Assembly (NCBI GenBank): GCA_036679645.1
Contig: JAZDCY010000028.1
Coordinates: 1-64,000 of the forward strand
DNA: 64,000 nt
Direction of reading: 5' to 3'
Source of the DNA: Gemmatimonadota bacterium
GTDB lineage: Bacteria; Gemmatimonadota; Gemmatimonadetes; Gemmatimonadales; GWC2-71-9
Positions 29,927-39,492 of the stretch are shown here, piece after piece; positions within the stretch are counted from its first letter, which is position 1, and each line of letters starts with the position of its first letter. The notes under the pieces were generated by a model that saw nothing but the letters and a program-made list of their open reading frames with translations, was not told the origin of the DNA and did no database searches. A program made the translations under genes and the position numbers.

Positions 29927-30700
29927 TCAAAACTCCACGGACAGACCATCATACGCCGGCTCGATCCCCTCAGGGAGCCGCTGGGCCAGCGCCTCATGAG
30001 CTGTTCGGTGCGTGAGATGCGTCAGGAGCGTGCGCCCTGCACCCACGGCGCGCGCCACCGCGATCGCTTCTGGTATGGAGAGATGGGTCGGATGGGGCTT
30101 CTCGAAGAGCGCGTTGAGCACGAGCACCCGCACGCCACGCAGGCGCCCCAACGCCTCGCCGGTCACGGCCTTGACGTCGGTCACATAGGCAGCCGCACCG
30201 AACCGGTACCCGAACACGGTGACCGACCCATGTTCGAACGCCAGCGGCAGCACCGGGATTCCGACAATGGAGACCTCTGTACCGGCCTCGAGCGGGACGC
30301 GCTCGAGCTCGGGAGCCGAGGTGCCCGGAGTTGGCTGGATCGCGTCATCGAAGATGTAAGGAAACCGCATCGCCAATCGGTCGAGCGTGTCGGCCGGTCC
30401 GTAGATCGGTAGTCGACCAGTGCGCACCGAGAGTGCACGGAGGTCGTCGATACCATGCACGTGATCGGCGTGATCGTGCGTGTAGAGCACCGCGTCAAGG
30501 GTCTCGACCCCCGCGCCCGTCAATTGCAGCCGCAGCTCCGGAGGCGTATCGATGAGGATCCGTTGTCCGTCATCGCCCTCGACCACGGCCGCGACACGGG
30601 TGCGGCGGTCCCGCGGGTCGGGTGACGTGCACACGTCACACGCACACCCAATCACCGGAACGCCAAACGACGTCCCGGACCCGAGCACGGTCAATCGCAC
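29927..30700 (-). CDS. MBL-fold metallo-hydrolase (PhnP-like phosphodiesterase)
   Basis: LGSGTSFGVPVIGCACDVC, THDHADHVHG and THL. Confidence 0.92.
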   Translation of the reverse strand: MRLTVLGSGTSFGVPVIGCACDVCTSPDPRDRRTRVAAVVEGDDGQRILIDTPPELRLQLTGAGVETLDAVLYTHDHADHVHGIDDLRALSVRTGRLPIYGPADTLDRLAMRFPYIFDDAIQPTPGTSAPELERVPLEAGTEVSIVGIPVLPLAFEHGSVTVFGYRFGAAAYVTDVKAVTGEALGRLRGVRVLVLNALFEKPHPTHLSIPEAIAVARAVGAGRTLLTHLTHRTAHEALAQRLPEGIEPAYDGLSVEF

Positions 30701-30701
30701 G

Positions 30702-32135
30702 TCACACCACTTCGACCTTGAGAAGATTCGTGGTGCCCGGAACCTCGAACGGCACGCCTGCCGTCACCACGATGAGATCCCCCCGCTCGGCGTACGATTT
30801 CCCAAGGAGCACCGTGCGGGCTGTCTCGAGACGTGAATCGTAGTTGGGCACGCTGGAGACGAGTTCCGGAACGACACCCCAGACGAGCTGGAGCTGACGG
30901 CAGGTCGTCGATTCGGTGGAGAACGCAACGATCGGGACGCGCGGCCGGTGCACGGCCATCTTCCGCGCAGTGAAGCCGCTCTTCGTGAAGCACACGATGG
31001 CCCGGACGTCGAGCATCTCGGCCGCCGCGGTCGTCGCGACCGCGATCGCATCCTCGACACGGCTCTCGTCCACACCAACGGTATCGGACCGTCTGCGGAA
31101 GGGTTGCCCTATGGGCGTGTCGATCGTCGACCGCTCGATCTCGTCGATGATCCGCGCCATCGCTCGCACCGCCCCGACCGGATACGAACCGACCGCCGTT
31201 TCCGCCGAGAGCATGACGGCGTCGGTGCCGTCGAGAATCGCGTTGGCGACGTCGGACGCCTCGGCCCGCGTCGGCCGGGGGTTGTCGATCATCGACTCCA
31301 ACATCTGCGTCGCCGTGATCACCGCCCGCCCCTTGCGGATCGCCAGCCGGATCAGGCGCTTCTGTACGAGTGGGACTTCCTCATACGGCAACTCGACGCC
31401 CAGATCGCCACGCGCGACCATCACGGCATCGGCCGCTGCTACAATCTCCTCGAGCCGTTCCAGCGCCGCCGCCCGTTCGATTTTCGCAACCAGCTGTACC
31501 CCGTGGGGTACGAGCGCGCGGACCTCCTCGATATCGTCCGGTCGACTGACAAAGGAGATTCCGATGTAGTCGGCACCGTGCTCGACGGCCAGCGCGATAT
31601 CCTCGTGGTCCTTCTCCGTGACCGCCGGCGCGCTCACGCGCACGCCCGGGAGATTGATACCCTTCTGCCCCCGCAGCTCACCACCAGCCACGACGACGCC
31701 CAACACGCGGTCGCCCTCGACGTGCTGCACCTCAACCGCCAGCAGTCCGTCATCCAGGAGTATCCGGGATCCGGGCTCGACGTCACGCGCCAGGGCCGCA
31801 TAGGTCGTCGGGATCTCGTCGCCTGTGGCACTCGTCTCCGGCGCAAAGACGACGGCTTGATCGACCTCGAGCAGGCGCGGTTGGGGCAGCACCCCAACCC
31901 GAATGCGGGGACCCTGCAAGTCGACGAGGATAGCAACGTGACGGTCTCTCGCCTGCGCCGTCTTGCGGATCAGGCGCACGAGCCGTACCCGCTCTTCCGC
32001 ACTCCCGTGGGAGCTGTTGACCCGTACGACGTTCACCCCAGCATCGAGCAACGTGCCCAGCACTTCCGGATTGCCCGTTGCTGGCCCAATCGTCGCCACG
32101 ATCTTGGTCCGGCGGAACCGCGGATCGTAACTCAT
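30702..32135 (-). CDS. pyk: pyruvate kinase
   Basis: RRTKIVATIGPA, DLQGP, AKIE, MVARGDLG, ATQMLESM and PTRAE. Confidence 0.97.
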   Translation of the reverse strand: MSYDPRFRRTKIVATIGPATGNPEVLGTLLDAGVNVVRVNSSHGSAEERVRLVRLIRKTAQARDRHVAILVDLQGPRIRVGVLPQPRLLEVDQAVVFAPETSATGDEIPTTYAALARDVEPGSRILLDDGLLAVEVQHVEGDRVLGVVVAGGELRGQKGINLPGVRVSAPAVTEKDHEDIALAVEHGADYIGISFVSRPDDIEEVRALVPHGVQLVAKIERAAALERLEEIVAAADAVMVARGDLGVELPYEEVPLVQKRLIRLAIRKGRAVITATQMLESMIDNPRPTRAEASDVANAILDGTDAVMLSAETAVGSYPVGAVRAMARIIDEIERSTIDTPIGQPFRRRSDTVGVDESRVEDAIAVATTAAAEMLDVRAIVCFTKSGFTARKMAVHRPRVPIVAFSTESTTCRQLQLVWGVVPELVSSVPNYDSRLETARTVLLGKSYAERGDLIVVTAGVPFEVPGTTNLLKVEVV

Positions 32136-32138
32136 CGA

Positions 32139-33368
32139 TCAGGACGCTGAGACGGCCGATCCGTACCGGCGCCCGACGTAGTCCTCCAGCAGCTCAACGA
32201 ATTCCTGAACGATCGTGTCCCCCTTGAGCGTACGGTCCAGCGCGCCGTCGATGTAGACGGGCGCTTTGGGCTCCTCGGAGGTCCCCGGCAGCGAGATCCC
32301 GACGTCCGCGTGCTTCGACTCGCCGGGACCGTTCACGATGCATCCCATCACCGCGACATTCAGCTGCTCCACTCCGGGATACTGGGCGCGCCAGATCGGC
32401 ATCTGGCGATCCAGATACTGCTGGATCTCCTCCGCCATTTCCTGAAAGAACGTGGACGTCGTGCGGCCACAGCCAGGGCATGCTGTGACCTGGGGGTTGA
32501 AGCTGCGCATACCCAGCGATTGGAGAACCTGTTGCGCGACGCGCACCTCTTCGGTCCGGTCGCCGCCGGGTCGGGGGGTAAGCGAGACGCGGATCGTATC
32601 GCCCAGTCCTTCCACCAACAGAATCGCGAGCCCTGCCGTGCTGGCAATGACTCCTTTCGTACCCATACCGGCTTCGGTCAGACCGAGGTGCAGCGGGTAA
32701 TCGGAGCGTGGGGCGAGCAGGCGGTAGACGTCCACCAGGTCCTGCACACGCGACATCTTCGCCGAGAGCACAATACGATCGTGTCCAAGCCCGGTCTCCT
32801 CGGCTAGGTCCGCGGACCGCATGGCGCTTTCGACCATCGCGTGCAGCGTGACGTCCCGTGCATCCATGGGCGCGCCGCGTTCCGCATTTGCGTCCATCAT
32901 CTCCGTCAACAGCGCCCGATCGAGCGATCCCCAATTTACCCCGATACGCACGGGCTTGTCGTGCTCGACCGCGACCTGCACGATCGTGCGGAAATGCTCA
33001 TCCCGTCGCTTTTGTCCCACGTTTCCCGGATTGATGCGGTATTTCGCGAGCGCAGCCGCACACGCGGGATGCTTGGTGAGCAGTAGGTGTCCGTTGTAGT
33101 GAAAGTCGCCAATGATGGGGACGGCGCTCCCGCTAGCGGCGAGTTGGCCGACGATCTTCGGCACCGCGGTGGCGGCCGCATCGTTGTTCACCGTGACCCG
33201 TACCAACTCGCTCCCGGTCTCTGCAAGCGCCCGAACTTGGTCGACCGTCTGCGCGATGTCCGCGGTATCGGTATTCGTCATCGACTGCACGACCACGGGA
33301 TGGCAGGATCCGACCGGTATATCCCCAATCCACGTGGTCGTGGTGGGGCGCCTCGCTATTCGGGACAT
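32139..33368 (-). CDS. ispG: (E)-4-hydroxy-3-methylbut-2-enyl-diphosphate synthase
   Basis: [30 protein letters not shown] and [11 protein letters not shown]. Confidence 0.97.
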   Translation of the reverse strand: MSRIARRPTTTTWIGDIPVGSCHPVVVQSMTNTDTADIAQTVDQVRALAETGSELVRVTVNNDAAATAVPKIVGQLAASGSAVPIIGDFHYNGHLLLTKHPACAAALAKYRINPGNVGQKRRDEHFRTIVQVAVEHDKPVRIGVNWGSLDRALLTEMMDANAERGAPMDARDVTLHAMVESAMRSADLAEETGLGHDRIVLSAKMSRVQDLVDVYRLLAPRSDYPLHLGLTEAGMGTKGVIASTAGLAILLVEGLGDTIRVSLTPRPGGDRTEEVRVAQQVLQSLGMRSFNPQVTACPGCGRTTSTFFQEMAEEIQQYLDRQMPIWRAQYPGVEQLNVAVMGCIVNGPGESKHADVGISLPGTSEEPKAPVYIDGALDRTLKGDTIVQEFVELLEDYVGRRYGSAVSAS

Positions 33369-33471
33369 GGGGAGAATATATGGGGGATTCGGCAGCACGG
33401 CGGGTGCGAGACGCCGGTCGCCGGTCGAGTCGTGTCGGGCCGTCTATATCCTCGGTCCGTTCATCTCTCCG

Positions 33472-33834
33472 CTAGCACGGATGAGCCCAGTCGATGCCGT
33501 ATTCGTTCCGGCAGCCAGGACACGGCACGCGCTCCGCATCGGGCGGGAGGTTTGCCCGCGTCCGGCAATTCGGGCAGACCCCGTACGTGGGTTCCAGACT
33601 GACCTGGCTAGCACGCTGCGCCTTGGGTTCGGCCGGATCGCGCACCACGATGCTCCATAGATAGGGCTGCACGTCGGCGAACTCGAGCAGCGTCCGATCT
33701 ACCGCAACGTTGCGCTTGTTCACGTCGAGGAAGACGATCGTCGGTTTCTTGTCGTTGACGACTGCATACCACGCGCCGCGGCGTAAGCCGTGCGCCCCGG
33801 CTCTCCGCACACGAGCCCAAGCCTTCGGGGCCAT
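33472..33834 (-). CDS. hypothetical protein with C-terminal CxxC..CxxC zinc ribbon
   Basis: GGAGG RBS; CPNC..CPGC near the C-terminus. Confidence 0.75.
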   Translation of the reverse strand: MAPKAWARVRRAGAHGLRRGAWYAVVNDKKPTIVFLDVNKRNVAVDRTLLEFADVQPYLWSIVVRDPAEPKAQRASQVSLEPTYGVCPNCRTRANLPPDAERVPCPGCRNEYGIDWAHPC

Positions 33835-33847
33835 GAACCTCCTCCGA

Positions 33848-34033
33848 TTAGCGGGCCAGCAGCCCCGCTGCCACGCCGAATGGAATAACGATGTACAGCA
33901 CGACATCACGGATCAGATAGAACACGACGAACATCGCCACGAGCTTCCAGCCGCGTTTCCGCACCAATCCCGACCAACCGAACATCCGCCGCTCATCGCG
34001 CAGCGTTCGGATAAAGGCTCTGACCCGCTTCAT
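33848..34033 (-). CDS. small membrane protein (61 aa)
   Basis: Basic N-terminus then hydrophobic VVFYLIRDVVLYIVIP; TATCTT 6 nt before the ATG. Confidence 0.7.
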   Translation of the reverse strand: MKRVRAFIRTLRDERRMFGWSGLVRKRGWKLVAMFVVFYLIRDVVLYIVIPFGVAAGLLAR

Positions 34034-34103
34034 GAAAGCAAGATAACGCAACGGGGCGCGCTCGGAAGCGCGCCCCGCGAGAGCGCCAAGGAGCTGATCT
34101 CGC

Positions 34104-36599
34104 TCACCCGCACTCGCTATAGCCACACAAGTGGCATTTCACGCAGCCCTCCGCGAACTCCAGCTGTGAGCCGCAATCGGGACAGGCGCCTGCATGCTGG
34201 TCGGCATCGAAGGCTCGGGACGACATCAGTTCGCCCTGCATGCCCTCGAACGGACGCAGCTCCGATGGCACCGGCGCGCTGGTCTGGTCTTGCGCGGGGT
34301 CGAGGAGATCCTGTTGCACGCCCTGTTTGTCGTGCATCCACCGTTCGATGGCGATGCCGATGGCATCGGGGACCGATAGGACCTTGTGGGGACCGAGCCC
34401 GGTGACACGATCGGACGAGATACCACGCAGCTGGCGGTGGACTTCGGTGAGCGGAATCCCCGAGCGGAGTGCAAGCGAGATCAACCGACCGATTGCCTCT
34501 ACGTCCGCCATCAGTGCGCCACCGGCCTTGCCGAGGCTCATGAACACCTCGAACGGTTGACCGCGGTCGTCCTCGGTGATCGTGACGTACATCGTGCCGA
34601 GCGGCGTTTCGACTCGGCGAGTTGATCCCTTCAGGAGGTCGGGGCGCGAGCGCTTCCGCCGGCGTTGCAGGTTCTCGGATTCCACGACGTGGAGTTGCTG
34701 CTTCGTGCGGGTGAGTTCGGCCTCGAGCTCAGCTATGGTCGCCTTGAGATCCGCGACACCGGCCGGTGTCGATGACTCATCGTCCGTCCCGCTCTGCTCA
34801 CGCACCTTCTTCGCCGTGCTGCCGGCCGAGAGCACCTGCATGTCCCGGCTCCCGTCACGGTACACGGTGACACCCTTGCAGCCGAGCTCGAACGCCAGTT
34901 CGTAGATCTGCCGCACGTCCTCTTCGGTGGCGTCGTTCGGGAAGTTGCAGGTCTTGCTGATGGCGGAATCGGTGAAGTCCTGGAAAGCGGCCTGCATTCG
35001 GATGTGCCAATCAGGAGTCACATCGTGCGCGGTCACGAACACACGCTGCCATTTCTCCGGCACGTCGTCGAAATGGATGTGTCCCTCTTCGCCGATCCGC
35101 GCCATGAGTGCGTCACTGTGCCATCCCTCGCGCCTGGCAATGGCGATGAAATTCTCATTCACATCCGGCATGAGCGTACCGGCTTGGTTGCGCATGAACG
35201 CCACCGCGAACAACGGTTCGATCCCGGACGAGCACCCTGCGATAATAGAGATCGTCCCGGTGGGCGCCACCGTCGTGAGATTGCAGTTGCGCAGGCGGCG
35301 CTCCGGCCGGACCCGCTCCCCGTTGGAAGCTCGGGCGCACCGGTCATCCGGCCCCCAGATACTCTCCTTCCACGCCGGGAATACGCCACGTTGCTCGGCC
35401 AATCGCTCGCTCTCTACCTTCGCCTCGTCGTCGACGAAACGCATGAGCTTGCCGCCAAACGCGACGGCCTCCTCGGAGTCGTACGGGATACTCAACTGCA
35501 CGAGGAGATCCGCCCACCCCATAATCCCCAACCCGATACGCCTGATCTGCTGCGCGAGATCGGTGATCTCGGGCAACGGATACTTGTTGGCGTCAATGAC
35601 GTTGTCCAGGAAATGCGTGCAGAGGTAGATCGTCCGCCGCAGGTTCTCCCAATCCATCTCGCCGTTCTTTGCGAAGGCAGCGACGTTGATGGATCCGAGG
35701 TTGCACACGTCGTAGGACAGCAGCGGCTGCTCACCGCACGGATTGGTCGCTTCGTAGGCGCCGAGTTGCGGAACCGGGTTGAAGTGATTGGCCCTGTCGA
35801 TGAAGAAAACCCCGGGCTCTCCGGTCTTCCATGCGCCGCGAACGATCTGAGCAAACACGTCGCGAGCGTCGAGGCGACCCATCTCGTCACCCGTACGCGG
35901 GTGCACGACGGCGTAGTCGCGCCCGGCGCGGACCGCATCCATGAACGCGTCGGTGACCGCGACCGAGATATTGAAGTTGGTGATCTTGGTGGTGTCGTCT
36001 TTGCACGTTATGAACGCGAGGATATCGGGGTGGTCGACGCGCAGAATGCCCATGTTGGCACCACGCCGCGTTCCGCCCTGCTTCACCACGTCCGTAGAAG
36101 AGTCGTACAACGACATGAACGAGATGGGCCCCGACGCCACCCCCATGGTCGAGCGAACGACGTCGTTCGTCGGACGGAGACGGGAGAAGCTGAAGCCGGT
36201 GCCGCCGCCCGACTGATGCACGAGCGCCATGTCGCGCAGCGTGTCGTATATGCCACTCGTGTCATTCGACAGCGCGTCATCGACCGGCAGAACGAAACAC
36301 GCCGACAGCTGCCCCAGCGGACGGCCAGCGTTCATGAGTGTCGGACTGTTCGGCATCCAAACGCGCGACGCCATGAGATCGTAGAACGCCTCGGCGACCG
36401 TCTCGACCGCCCCTGCACTGGCGCCGTAGCCAGCATCGGGTGCCGCGATCGTGCGCGCGACCCGCCAGAAGAGCTCCTCGGGTTCCTCGACCGGCTCACC
36501 GCGCTCGTCCTTGATGAGATACCGGCGTTTGAGAACGGTATGCGCGTTGTCGCTCAGCGCGAGCGGTGAACCTCTGTCGGAGTCACCCGAACGTCCCAT
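34104..36599 (-). CDS. nrdJ: class II (adenosylcobalamin-dependent) ribonucleotide reductase
   Basis: PNSPTLMNAG, SACFV, ATNPCGEQ, CNLGS, APTGTIS; C-terminal TSCPD-like domain and Cys cluster. Confidence 0.95.
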   Translation of the reverse strand: MGRSGDSDRGSPLALSDNAHTVLKRRYLIKDERGEPVEEPEELFWRVARTIAAPDAGYGASAGAVETVAEAFYDLMASRVWMPNSPTLMNAGRPLGQLSACFVLPVDDALSNDTSGIYDTLRDMALVHQSGGGTGFSFSRLRPTNDVVRSTMGVASGPISFMSLYDSSTDVVKQGGTRRGANMGILRVDHPDILAFITCKDDTTKITNFNISVAVTDAFMDAVRAGRDYAVVHPRTGDEMGRLDARDVFAQIVRGAWKTGEPGVFFIDRANHFNPVPQLGAYEATNPCGEQPLLSYDVCNLGSINVAAFAKNGEMDWENLRRTIYLCTHFLDNVIDANKYPLPEITDLAQQIRRIGLGIMGWADLLVQLSIPYDSEEAVAFGGKLMRFVDDEAKVESERLAEQRGVFPAWKESIWGPDDRCARASNGERVRPERRLRNCNLTTVAPTGTISIIAGCSSGIEPLFAVAFMRNQAGTLMPDVNENFIAIARREGWHSDALMARIGEEGHIHFDDVPEKWQRVFVTAHDVTPDWHIRMQAAFQDFTDSAISKTCNFPNDATEEDVRQIYELAFELGCKGVTVYRDGSRDMQVLSAGSTAKKVREQSGTDDESSTPAGVADLKATIAELEAELTRTKQQLHVVESENLQRRRKRSRPDLLKGSTRRVETPLGTMYVTITEDDRGQPFEVFMSLGKAGGALMADVEAIGRLISLALRSGIPLTEVHRQLRGISSDRVTGLGPHKVLSVPDAIGIAIERWMHDKQGVQQDLLDPAQDQTSAPVPSELRPFEGMQGELMSSRAFDADQHAGACPDCGSQLEFAEGCVKCHLCGYSECG

Positions 36600-36771
36600 A
36601 CCGGCCTCGTCTCTCCAGGGCTGAGATGGCTGCTATTTGTGGATCTTGCGCGCCGTGGGGTGATCGCCGAAGCGTGCGCCGGAAGCGCGGGGTGACAAGG
36701 TAGGAGAGCCCGTGATCCCACGCAAGTCTGACACAAAGACCACACGCCACCGGCCTTCCCATTTGTCAACA

Positions 36772-37287
36772 TCACATATCTGTAGTCGATGCTCCGCTGT
36801 GTCTCGGGACCGCGCCAGACCGATGCCGGCGGGCTTCCCGCACATAGTGCTCCCAGGTCTGCCGCATCCGGTCGACCTCGGCCGCGGTCACGTCGCGGGC
36901 CACACGGCCGGGCACACCTACCACGAGTGATCCCGGGGGGATTCGTGTGCCTTCGCGCACTACCGCCCCCGCCGCAACGAGCGATCCCGTGCCGACGTGG
37001 ACGCCGTTCAGCAGAACCGCCCCCATGCCGATGAGCGATTCGTCCTCCACGGTACAGCCGTGCAAAATAGCCCGATGTCCGACCGCGACCCGCCGCCCAA
37101 TGGTGCACGGCACGCCCGCATCGACATGGATCATCGTGAGGTCCTGAATGTTCGTCTCGTCGCCGATGGTAATCGGTGCCATGTCTCCGCGCACGACGCA
37201 GTTGTACCAGATGGACGCGTCGCGGCCCAGCGAAACGTCGCCAAGCACTACGGCGCCCGCCGCGACGAAGGCTGATGGGTGAATCAG
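36772..37287 (-). CDS. gamma carbonic anhydrase family / hexapeptide-repeat protein (YrdA-like)
   Basis: VVRGD, TNIQD and GHRAILHGC; family-like sequence extends upstream of 37248 to CTG at 37287 (IHPSAFVA). Confidence 0.9.
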   Translation of the reverse strand: MIHPSAFVAAGAVVLGDVSLGRDASIWYNCVVRGDMAPITIGDETNIQDLTMIHVDAGVPCTIGRRVAVGHRAILHGCTVEDESLIGMGAVLLNGVHVGTGSLVAAGAVVREGTRIPPGSLVVGVPGRVARDVTAAEVDRMRQTWEHYVREARRHRSGAVPRHSGASTTDM

Positions 37288-37295
37288 CGACGTGG

Positions 37296-39266
37296 CTACT
37301 GGCGCCGAGCGGGACGGAACACGACCTGGAACCAGGCATCCACCGGCTGCCCGTTCAGCGTCGCGGGCTGGTAGCTCTGCGTAAGCGCGTACTGCATGGC
37401 AAGCAGGGTGAACCCGGCGTCGCTCGAGGGGCGTGCCGGCGACCGGCTGTCCGCCTTCCCGCTGGCGCGCACACGTACCCAGAGAATCACCTGCGTGGGA
37501 TCGGCACCTACCGACGCGTCCAGCGGAACGGACGGATCTCCGAGCAGACGCGGGAGGACGTCAAAGCACCCGCGGTTCAAGTTGTAGTTATTCTGGGTCG
37601 GGGTCGCACATTGCGCTGTCGGACGCGGACGCGGGGGCGGCGACGGTTCCGGTTCCGCTGCCTGCTCGGGTTCGACCCGCTCGAGCGACACGGACAGTCT
37701 GGCCGTATCGCCGCGACCCACAGAGACAAACTCCGACTGCGGCTCGTATCCGTCCGCCTCGACGACGACCCGATGAGAGCCCATCTCGACTCGTATCGTG
37801 TTCCGATTGTAGGTCGTACCGTCCACCCCGAAGCTCGCCCCGTGCGGGGCGCCCCGCACGATCACCCAGCCGCTGTCGGGGAGTGCCGGCCGAACCCGCG
37901 CGGCACCCGCGGTATCGGCTACACCGGCGGAATCGGAAAGGGTGAGCGAGTCGGCCAGCGCCCGGAGCAGCGAATCTGGCGGCGTGGTGGACGCCAGCGT
38001 CGTGTCGAGCATCGGATTGGAGACCAATCCCACGGTCTGCACGTGGTTCGTGTAGTACCAGTACCCGCCGTACCCGCCACCACCCAACAGCACGACCAGG
38101 CTGGCCGCCACCAACCCACCCCGACGTTTCTTCCGCCTCTCTGGGGGTGGCGGGAGCGGCTCGGCACGCGGCATGGGTGTGGTCGGGGTGCTCGGGCGCT
38201 CCGCCTGACTGGTCGGCTGGCGGTCCACATGACCCGACGCGGCGGCCGCCTGCTGCCGCTCCACGGCGCTCAAGGCTACGGTTGGGGCACTTGCCACATC
38301 CGCCGAACGGTCCCGGGCGGCGGCGGTCCCGTGCTCGAGTTCCGCGACCAGGTCTTCCGCACTCTGGTACCGGTCATCCGGAGATTTTGCCATCATCCGG
38401 CGGATGACCTGGAACACCTGCCGCTGTTCACCCGACTGCAGGGGCGGCTCTTCCAACTCTTCCATGATGTGCTTGTAGCCGATCGAGAACGCGTCCTCCC
38501 CGTCAAACGGGACCCGTCCTGTCAGGCACTGGTAGCCCACTACGCCTAGCGAGTAGATGTCCGAGCGGCCGTCGAGTGACTGAGCGCGCGCCTGTTCCGG
38601 GCTCATGTAGTGGGGCGTGCCAATCGACATCCCCGTTCCCGTGAGGCGAGTTCCGGAGGCCGCCTTGGCGATACCAAAGTCTGTGACGATGGCGTGGCCG
38701 AGCTCGTCGTACATGATGTTGTCGGGCTTCATATCGCGATGCACGATCCCGTGCTTGTGCGCGTAGCCCAGCCCCGACGCGGTCTGGATCAGGAGTCGGC
38801 GAATGTCTTCCGGTGGAACGGTCCCTTTCTGCTCGATGACTTCCGAGAGGGATTGTCCCCGCAAGAACTTCATCACGAAGAAGATCACACGACCTGATTT
38901 GCCGACCCGGTAGATAGGAATGATGTTGGGATGCTCGAGCCGCGCGGAGGTGCGCGCCTCCCTCTGAAACCGCTCGACGAATTCCGCGTCGAAGGCGAGC
39001 GAAAACGGCAGAACCTTGATTGCCACTTCGCGATCGAGATGCTTGTCGCGGGCCCGGTAGACGATTGCCATCCCGCCCCGACCCAGCTCTTGGAGTAGTT
39101 CGTACTCCTCGGCTAGCGCCTCACCGACGAGATCGGCTTCGGTCTTCTCCGCCGTATCCGAAGTGGTGACACGGCCGAGCGGCGTCTGCGTACCGAGATC
39201 GAGTCCGCACGACGGACAAAACTTGCCATTTTCTTGGACCTCAGTCCCGCAGCGCGAACAGAACAC
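37296..39266 (-). CDS. membrane Ser/Thr (Hanks) kinase: zinc ribbon-kinase-TM-PEGA-like-TonB C-terminal-like
   Basis: CSRC..CPSC, LGRGGM, VAIK, HRDMKPDN, DFG, YMSPE; one TM; ends PATLNGQPVDAWFQVVF. Confidence 0.9.
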   Translation of the reverse strand: MFCSRCGTEVQENGKFCPSCGLDLGTQTPLGRVTTSDTAEKTEADLVGEALAEEYELLQELGRGGMAIVYRARDKHLDREVAIKVLPFSLAFDAEFVERFQREARTSARLEHPNIIPIYRVGKSGRVIFFVMKFLRGQSLSEVIEQKGTVPPEDIRRLLIQTASGLGYAHKHGIVHRDMKPDNIMYDELGHAIVTDFGIAKAASGTRLTGTGMSIGTPHYMSPEQARAQSLDGRSDIYSLGVVGYQCLTGRVPFDGEDAFSIGYKHIMEELEEPPLQSGEQRQVFQVIRRMMAKSPDDRYQSAEDLVAELEHGTAAARDRSADVASAPTVALSAVERQQAAAASGHVDRQPTSQAERPSTPTTPMPRAEPLPPPPERRKKRRGGLVAASLVVLLGGGGYGGYWYYTNHVQTVGLVSNPMLDTTLASTTPPDSLLRALADSLTLSDSAGVADTAGAARVRPALPDSGWVIVRGAPHGASFGVDGTTYNRNTIRVEMGSHRVVVEADGYEPQSEFVSVGRGDTARLSVSLERVEPEQAAEPEPSPPPRPRPTAQCATPTQNNYNLNRGCFDVLPRLLGDPSVPLDASVGADPTQVILWVRVRASGKADSRSPARPSSDAGFTLLAMQYALTQSYQPATLNGQPVDAWFQVVFRPARRQ

Positions 39267-39285
39267 GCGGATTACTCCCTGCTAT

Positions 39286-39343
39286 CGGCCAAATTGGCCG
39301 TACGCCAAAACAGTGTCAAGCGATGACTTGAACGGTACGCCAA
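39286..39343 (-). promoter_or_regulatory. candidate sigma70 promoter with overlapping palindrome upstream of the kinase
   Basis: TTGACA (39319-39314)-N17-CAATTT; CGGCCAA-A-TTGGCCG at 39286-39300. Confidence 0.45.
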
Positions 39344-39492
39344 TCGCCGGGCTGAGCGTGTGACCAACCTCACCGTGCCCTTAACGAAAGCTACACCAGG
39401 CGCACCACCCCAGAGCGTCGGTTCGAGGGCTCGGGAGTGTGAGCCAGCCTCGGGAGGCACTATCGGCTGATACCCGACACGCGCCGACGGCA

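Noticed and set aside
35004..36569. Long antisense and alternate-frame ORFs (e.g. 35004-36569, 18499-20235, 37176-38549, 56667-58004)
   Set aside because: Shadow ORFs expected in high-GC DNA opposite well-supported genes; compositionally biased and motif-free
34104..36599. Intein or intron in nrdJ
   Set aside because: Catalytic motifs are continuous at normal spacing, with no splice-junction or homing endonuclease motifs
36630..36790. NrdR boxes or cobalamin riboswitch upstream of nrdJ
   Set aside because: ACATATCTGT and CCACAAATAG only partly match the NrdR consensus; no B12-box seen; TTGACA at 36769-36764 has no good -10 at 17 bp
39320..39490. 6S RNA or riboswitch in the kinase upstream region
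   Set aside because: Only short chance similarities; I could not build the long 6S rod or any aptamer by eye. An Infernal scan would be needed
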